Below, piece after piece: positions 43,382-49,695 of a DNA stretch of 49,695 bases. The DNA lies in assembly GCA_000388065.2 (NCBI GenBank), contig KB932203.1; one strand, given 5' to 3'. The position numbers and the translations under genes were made by a program. The DNA is from Fonticula alba ATCC 38817 (taxonomy: Eukaryota > Protista > Nucleariida). The first letter of the stretch is position 1. Every line of letters starts with the position of its first letter. The notes under the pieces were generated by a model. It was not told the origin of the DNA. It ran no database searches and saw only the letters and a list, made by a program, of their open reading frames with translations.

Positions 43382-45181
43382 CGGCCCGCTGAAAACGCAC
43401 CGACTGCACGACCGGCAGGGCCAACGTGTCCCAACGGTCCGAGTCGAAGATGGCCGCCTCGGCCGAGAGGAAGCCGGCCGAGCCGCACTTGGACAGGGCA
43501 GAGCTCAGCTCCGAGGCCACCAGGCCCGGGCACACGCGCAGGCGGATCCACCGCCGGCGTCGGACAGCGCTCATCCCGCCGGGAGTGGCGGACCAAGTGT
43601 TGGAACTCCACTTGTTGGCGTACTGAGGGAGGAGAGGCGAAGGGAGGGGGGAGATGGGCACAAGAAAGATGTTGGACGGTGTCAGCTCCGGGGCAGGCCA
43701 GCGGCGGCGCTGAGGGGGAGGAATCACCGGGCCAGTGGGATACGCACCTGCCAGCCGGCGGCATCGCAGCTGGCGAACTCCTCCGGCCCGGCGGCCTCGG
43801 CCGGCATGAGCACCGAGGACGCTGAGGAGGCCACTTCGGCCACCGGTTCCAGCGGCGAGCTCGGGTCTTCGGGGATGGAGTCGGGCCGCGACCGGGACCG
43901 GGCATGTGACCCGGATCCTGTGGCCGGCATCGAGCCGACCTTCTTCGGGTTGATGTACCGCCGGGGGCGGTCGTCAACGACCCATGTGTCCCAAAGCCAC
44001 TCCCAACTGGAGTTGCCGGCCGGGGTCATGGATGCCGGCGGCAGGGGGATATACTCCAATGGAAGGCGCGACTCGCCCCAGAGCGTGCTCCAGGGGCTGC
44101 GCTCGGAGGAAGTGAGATCTACACGCGGCGCGGCGAGGAGAGGGGGGAAGGGAGGGGGGGGGGGGGGGTCAGAAAGGTGGGACGGGGGCGAGAACGCATG
44201 TTGGGCGGCGCGACGTGGCATGTACTTCGTGCCGAGAAGGAGTTCACGCCGACAAGACGTCGCTGGTTCTCGTAGACCTCTTCCAGGACAAAGCCGCGGG
44301 GCTGGCAAGGGGCCGAGGTGTGTCAGTGATGGGGCAGAAATCGAGCCCAGGGAGGCGACACGGGGAATCGCGCACAAGACTGGCCTCGAAACTCAGCTTT
44401 GCCAGGAAGGCCTTCGGCTCGCGTAGGGTCGGGGCGTCGATCTTGAGGTCGGTGTCCTCGCTGGGGATGTCGCAGATGGTGTACTCGAAGTCGTCGTCCT
44501 GCATCGAGAGGAGGCAAGGCAGGTTGCGCGTTTGTGTGGGCGTGTGGGCGTGTGGGCGTGTGGGCGTATGCGCGTATGCGCGTATGTGTATATGTGTGTA
44601 TGTGTGTATGTGCGTATGCGCGTGCGTGATGGTGAGATCGGGGATGAGCAAAATGCAAGCGGACGGCGGCCTCGCAGGACGACGCACCCCCGCACGAGAC
44701 TTGATCACTCGCAAGGACACATAGAACCGGGGCAGGGGGATGGGCGATTGGGGGTCGGCCCCGGCAACTGTGGCCCCAGCCGGCGGGGACACGATGACAG
44801 TGCGCGTGACGGCCTGCGGTCGATTCATGGACGAGGAGAGTCAGTGGCCGAGCAGGGACGCGGGATCGTGCAGGATGGGGCAGGGCACGCACATTGGTCG
44901 ACCAGCCGACCACCGAGGAGAGACTGCCCGAGGGCCGGGAGTCGAAGGCCACCTCGCACCTGGACCCGAGCGTCGAGGAGGAGGGGAAGATGCGCTGCTT
45001 CAGCAGGAAGGCGAAGGGGGCCGGCGCGTCGCCGAGCAGGTTCCGCGAGGACCCCTCGGATAGGCTGTCAGAGAACTTGGCCGTGCCCGGGGGGGCGGTG
45101 GCCTGGTCGCTGACCGCGTAGGGCACCAGGACGGTGAGGATCTCCACCGGCTGTGGCCAATTGCATCAGTCGCGTGCGGGG

Positions 45182-45215
<34 letters not shown>

Positions 45216-45645
45216 AGGTCAGAATGGAGCGCCGCCAAGCAGGGGCCAGCGCAAATGCATGCAACCGTGGACCGGGACGCACCTCGCGGAACTTGAGCGA
45301 GTGCCGGCTCAGCGACAGGAGGGTGGACTTGGTGGCCGGATCGATGTGCTGGCGCTTGGTGCGGACCAGCTTCTTCATCTTGCGCCGGGCCGGGACATTT
45401 GCGGAGGTGGAGGAGGAAAGGACGGACGAGGCGTCGTCCTGGTCATCTGAGGCGCTGTCATCGTCTTCGGGCACGCTGGCCAGGATGTCGGCGCTCCCGG
45501 CATTCCGGACCACGGGGATCTCCTCCGCGGTCTCGGACTGGTCGACGAGGTTCAGGACATCGGGAACCGATGACCGGACGTGCAGGGAGTGCACTCGCAG
45601 GCCGAAGGCCGCGCAGCGGTTGTTGACGAGGATCGAGCTGACCAT
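42692..45645 (-). CDS. Dysferlin (DysF/Pex24-type) domain protein with C-terminal DUF4476-like helical domain, 610 aa, 10 exons
   Basis: Exons 45645-45283, 45150-44893, 44813-44688, 44498-44376, 44301-44226, 44118-43748, 43622-43401, 43251-43126, 42987-42931, 42802-42692 (1833 nt). DysF hallmarks assemble only after splicing: EEVYENQRR, ERSPWS, WEWLWDTWVVD, GWQYA, SAVRRRRWIR. The C-terminus FSDDQRLALL..EFMKVISYFRFDATRRKALELI resembles DUF4476. Confidence 0.7.
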
Positions 45646-48533
45646 CGCACGGTGTTGTTGGGGAGGGGGAGGGCGAGAGAGAGAGAGAGAGGGAGGGAAA
45701 AGGAGAGGGGGGAGGGAGGGGAGATGGGAGGAGATGGGTGGACGAAACGCGCGCCAGGCGCCCGCTGCCGGTGCCAGGGCCACGGAAATGTTGACCAGCG
45801 GGCGTGCGGCGGGGCGAGGCGGGGGCGGCGGAGAGGCGGCCCCGCCACCTGGACCGGTGGAGATCTCGATCGCGCAGCCAGAGCTCTCTTGACCGGCGGT
45901 CGGGCGCCGGCGCCGGCCGGTACACCGCAGCAGGGCCGCGACACCCCGGGCTCGGCGCCAGGCCCCTCCCCCTGCGCGGGCCAAGGCGCACGCGGCGCGG
46001 GCGTTGGCCGAGACGGTCTGCCTACGGTGGTCCCGTTCCCCCCCCCCCCCCCCCCCCCCCCCTGGCGCCCGTGGACTGGCGCTGGATAGCCTCCAATCGC
46101 CGCCGTGGGCGCCCGGCCCTGTGCCCCCCTGTCTCCCCCCCCCCTTGAGGCGGCCAATTTCCCGCCGAACGGGGGGGCCCGCCCCCTCGACGAGAGACGG
46201 CCCCGCGCGATGCCGCGTTCGGGGAAGGAACCCGCCGCCCTGGTGGGCGCAGGGGAGGGGTCCAGAGAAGCCGGGCGCCCCGCTCCAAAAAAAAGATGCA
46301 CCCGTCCCCCGGTCTGGGATCTGGCGGGCGGGCGGGCGGGCGGGCGGGCGAAGAGAAAAGGCGTGGCCGATCATGCGGCGGGCCTCTTCTTGGAAGGGCT
46401 CAGGGGCGAGCGCAAAGCTGGCCAATGTTGTGACGGCGCGCTTAACCCTCGGATCGTGTGATCTCCCTGCGCCTCAGTTGAGGACTCCGTGGATAGATGA
46501 ATGGCATTCGTGTTGTATCTCGTGGGGAGTGTCCTCGTGAATGGCTTTCCCTCCCGGGCGCGCCTCGGCCCTGTCCCCTTTTCTGGTGCTGGAGGCCCGG
46601 CGTGTCTGCGACGGGCCGGCGCGCGCGCGCGCGCTTCTCCTTTCTTTTCGGCCCGAGCAGCTGGTCCACCGGTTGGGTCGCGCGCGCGCGCGCGCGTGCG
46701 CACACACACACACACACACGTCCCATGTCCAGGCGCGTGCAACGTGCCGAGTCCCCGGGACACGAGGGGGCAGCAGGCCGCGGTGCCGTCCCACACACGA
46801 CCCCGGGGAGGGCGCGAGCCAAGGACACCCCACGCGCGCATGCCCTGCGCGCGCCCGGTGGGCGGGCGCTTGCGTGGCCTCCTGCACAGTACGAGGGTGG
46901 GGCAAGGGTTGAGGGAGGGGAAGGCCCGGTACAGCCCGGGGGGGGGGGGGCGTTGCGCCCGACGCCTGCACCCCGGGGCGAGGGCGAGGGCGAGGGCGGG
47001 CGGGGGCCTAGTAGGTTCTTAAAACCCCTCGCGACCTCCTTGCTGGCAGAGCCGTCTCCAGTCTCCTCTGGGGCCCGAGGAGGTGATGGCTTGATCGGCG
47101 GCCGGTGGACGGGCCTCCCCCGGCTCCGGGGGGGAGGGGGGGGGGGGGAATGTTGCGGTCCGGCGGTCGCGCCGCGTCGTTCTTGCGCAAGCCGGCGGCG
47201 CCTCCCGTCCGGGAGCCGGTCGTCCACATGCGCACGGGGGGTATTCCCCCCTGCCCCCGCCCGGCCGGGGGAATAGTGGGCCCCGGCGGGCTGGGCTCCG
47301 GTTACTTTCGGTGTGGCCGCCTCGGGACTTCGGCGGGCGCTTTCCGGGCGGGCCTGCGCCTTTTTGGGGGGACGGCTTTCCTGGCCCCGCCCTCCGGGAG
47401 GCCCTGCGCCCCCCCCCGGTCCCGCCGCCCTCCGCGGGCGGCAGAGAGTGTCCTCTGTGGGGGCGCCTCCGCCGCGCCTGCGGGGCTGGCACCACCCAGC
47501 CTCCAGCACAGCTGATGGCCAGGTTCTGGATGGTGTTCTGCTGGGGATACTGGCGACCGCGCCTGCCCCCCCCCCCCCCCGGGGGGGGAACCACGCGCAC
47601 AACACGCCCCTGCTCACGCCCCCGCCTCAGGCGGCCCGGCACGCCCCCTCCCGCCACCTGGCCCCGCTGCCCACTCTCCTGGCGACTAGTGCCTGCGATT
47701 CGGGTGTTCCGGGCGGCCGGGCGGCCGGGCGCATGCCCCCCCAGGCACCTCCCGGCCGCGCTGCGCCCTCTCCGCCGCCTCCCCCCCCCCCCCCCAGGCT
47801 GACGGCCTACGTCCGGCTCCTGCACACGCCCTGAGAGAGAGAGAGAGAAGGAAAGAGCCCGCACACGCACACGCGCGCAGATGGGCCCGCTGTGCGCTCC
47901 TGGAGCCCCCCCTCTCGCCGCGCCCTGCGCCACTCGGCACACCACACGCAACAGAGACGGAGACGGAGACGGAGACGGAGGCCGAGGGAGGGGCGGGCGC
48001 ACAACCAAACGGCAGGAGTCTTTCTTTCGGATTTGTTTGTATTGTGCCATACACATGGGGAAAAACGCGCAGAGGGCCACAGGAGAGGGACGCGCCGCCC
48101 CCCCCCACTCCCCCACCCGAAGAACAGGGGAGGGGGGAAGGGGGCGGGGGGGATGTGACAAGGACGAGAGGGAGGCGGGGGGGGGGGGGGGGGGAAGAAA
48201 AGGGGAGGGGGGGGGGAGGAAACGGCGCCGCCCTGCGGAAGAGCTTTGGGGGAACGGGCGCGCGCGCGCGCGCATACACGCGCGCGAGCGTGCCCCCCCG
48301 CGGAGGCTGAAGGGAGGAAAGGAGAGGAGCTACATGTACAGGGCCAGACACACACACGGAGAGGGGGCGCGCACGCGCGCGCGCGCGCAACGCAGGCAGA
48401 AGGGGAGGGGGAGGAAGGTAGGAGCGCGCACGCTTGCTCGTCCCAAAGCGTGTTCCGCGAGGCGGAGGGGGAGAGGGAGAGGAACGGAGGAACGGAGGGA
48501 ATGGGGGAGGGGGGGAGGGGGGGAGGGGCTGCT

Positions 48534-49685
48534 TTACTCGTCGTCCTCGTCGTCCTCGTCGTCGTCCTCATCGGGATCGGCAACCGGGATGGTCGGGTCG
48601 TCCATGGTCTCGTCCTCCTCCTCGTCCTCGCCAACGGGGAAGGCGTCATGGTGGAGGGTGGCCACCTCGCCGGCCTCGGTGCGCTGCTTCTTCACGCGAG
48701 CGGCGGCGGCGGTGGCGCGGGCCGGGCTGCGGGCATTGGTGGTGGTGGCCGCGCGGCGGCGCTTGGGGGCGGTGGTGGTGGGGTTGTGGCCGCGCTGGAC
48801 AAGGGCCGCATTCACCTCACGATGCGAGGGGGGAGTGTACTCGGGCAGGTGCTTGCGCAGGATGGCCAGCACCGAGGGGGGGGCCATGCGCACGCGCCGG
48901 GCAATGTCCGAAGTCCGGGGGGTCAGCCCGTGAATCGGGTCCGGGCGCTGGGCCAGGGCCACGATCAGCTCCGGGATCAGGTCGGTCCGCGGGCGGAAGG
49001 TCGGCATCTCGGCCAGGACGATCTTGCGCACGGTGCCCGGGGTCATGCCGGTGCGCCAGGCGATGTCGGAGTAGTCCATGACCGCCGGCGACAGGGCAAT
49101 GATCTCGCCATTGCACAGGAAGTGGCGCGGGCCCTCGCCGGAGAGGATGGCCTCGATCTCGGCGGTGCCGGCCGCCTGCGACTCGCGGGCCAGCTCCAGC
49201 ACCCGACGGCGGCGGGTGACCTCCGGCTGCTCGTAGTGCGGCACGAAGTCCCGGAGGACGGCGCGCACCTGGGCCTTGGTCAGGCGGGTCTTGTTGGCGA
49301 TGTCCTGCAGGGCCAGGTGGGTGCTGTCCGGGAGGACGCGGTTGCCCAGGCGCTCGGCCTTCAGCAGGCTCTTGGCATGGGCGCGGCGGTAGTGGCTGAA
49401 GTTGTCCATCAGCACGCGGTGAACCTGGTTCACCTTGAGCCCGAGCCGGGGGGCCAGCTCCGAGGGGGAGGGGATGGCATTGGCCCCGGTGGGCGGGGGG
49501 GACGAGTCGGAAGGCGACTCGGGGTTGTTGCCGTCGGCGCCCTCGGCGGCGGCCTGGCCGCCCTCGGCCTGGAAGGCCCGCACGGCATCGAGCACGCGGT
49601 CGGTGATGGCCTGGCGCTGCTCGCGCTTGATCTGGGAGGCGGAGGGGCCACCCTCAGCGGCGACGGGGGAGGAGGCTTCGGTCAT
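48534..49685 (-). CDS. Intronless 383-aa protein with four tandem helix-turn-helix motifs, basic NLS-like motifs and an acidic tail
   Basis: Single ORF with coding-like GC3 and a CCACCATG start context. Repeats: SELAPRLGLKVNQVHRVL, QDIANKTRLTKAQVRAVL, SDIAWRTGMTPGTVRKIV, SDIARRVRMAPPSVLAIL. Also PKRRR, RVKKQR and a D/E-rich C-terminus. An upstream exon beyond the window edge cannot be excluded. Confidence 0.8.
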   Translation of the reverse strand: MTEASSPVAAEGGPSASQIKREQRQAITDRVLDAVRAFQAEGGQAAAEGADGNNPESPSDSSPPPTGANAIPSPSELAPRLGLKVNQVHRVLMDNFSHYRRAHAKSLLKAERLGNRVLPDSTHLALQDIANKTRLTKAQVRAVLRDFVPHYEQPEVTRRRRVLELARESQAAGTAEIEAILSGEGPRHFLCNGEIIALSPAVMDYSDIAWRTGMTPGTVRKIVLAEMPTFRPRTDLIPELIVALAQRPDPIHGLTPRTSDIARRVRMAPPSVLAILRKHLPEYTPPSHREVNAALVQRGHNPTTTAPKRRRAATTTNARSPARATAAAARVKKQRTEAGEVATLHHDAFPVGEDEEEDETMDDPTIPVADPDEDDDEDDEDDE

Positions 49686-49695
49686 GGTGGTGGGG

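Noticed and set aside
34398-45645. Functional lipid or membrane gene cluster (S1P lyase, DysF protein, Tim21-like)
   Set aside because: No shared pathway can be established from sequence, and neighbouring unrelated genes are the norm in eukaryotes. It would need conserved synteny to be credible.
46409-46418. AGCTTTGCGC on the minus strand matching the U4 snRNA 5' end
   Set aside because: Only 10 nt match, with no following 5' stem-loop/k-turn sequence or Sm site.

Overview
GC-rich, intron-dense eukaryotic genomic DNA with five scaffold gaps and many homopolymer and microsatellite tracts. The gene content (VDAC, vinculin, CABLES, S1P lyase) and style suggest a unicellular opisthokont-like amoeba such as Fonticula; this is an inference only. 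Most ORFs in the supplied track are GC-driven noise or intron read-through, so I rebuilt gene models by hand from GT-AG boundaries, and every complete spliced model sums to a whole number of codons. Ten protein genes are supported: VDAC porin (+), ZIFL1-like MFS transporter (-), a 2372-aa Kelch/PB1/pseudokinase (-), CABLES (+), vinculin (+, 5' end in a gap), an FG-repeat/coiled-coil/C-terminal-TM protein (+), sphingosine-1-phosphate lyase (-), a Tim21/Coa1-like mitochondrial protein (-), a DysF + DUF4476-like protein (-), and an intronless protein with four tandem HTH motifs (-). No rRNA, tRNA, CRISPR array or clear transposase was seen. The most notable observations are the 4xHTH protein, a 5' splice-site consensus of GT(G/A)CG(T/C) with no +4A among 51 introns, the FG + tail-TM protein, the Kelch-PB1-pseudokinase, and a vinculin whose proline-rich neck is replaced by a charged helix.
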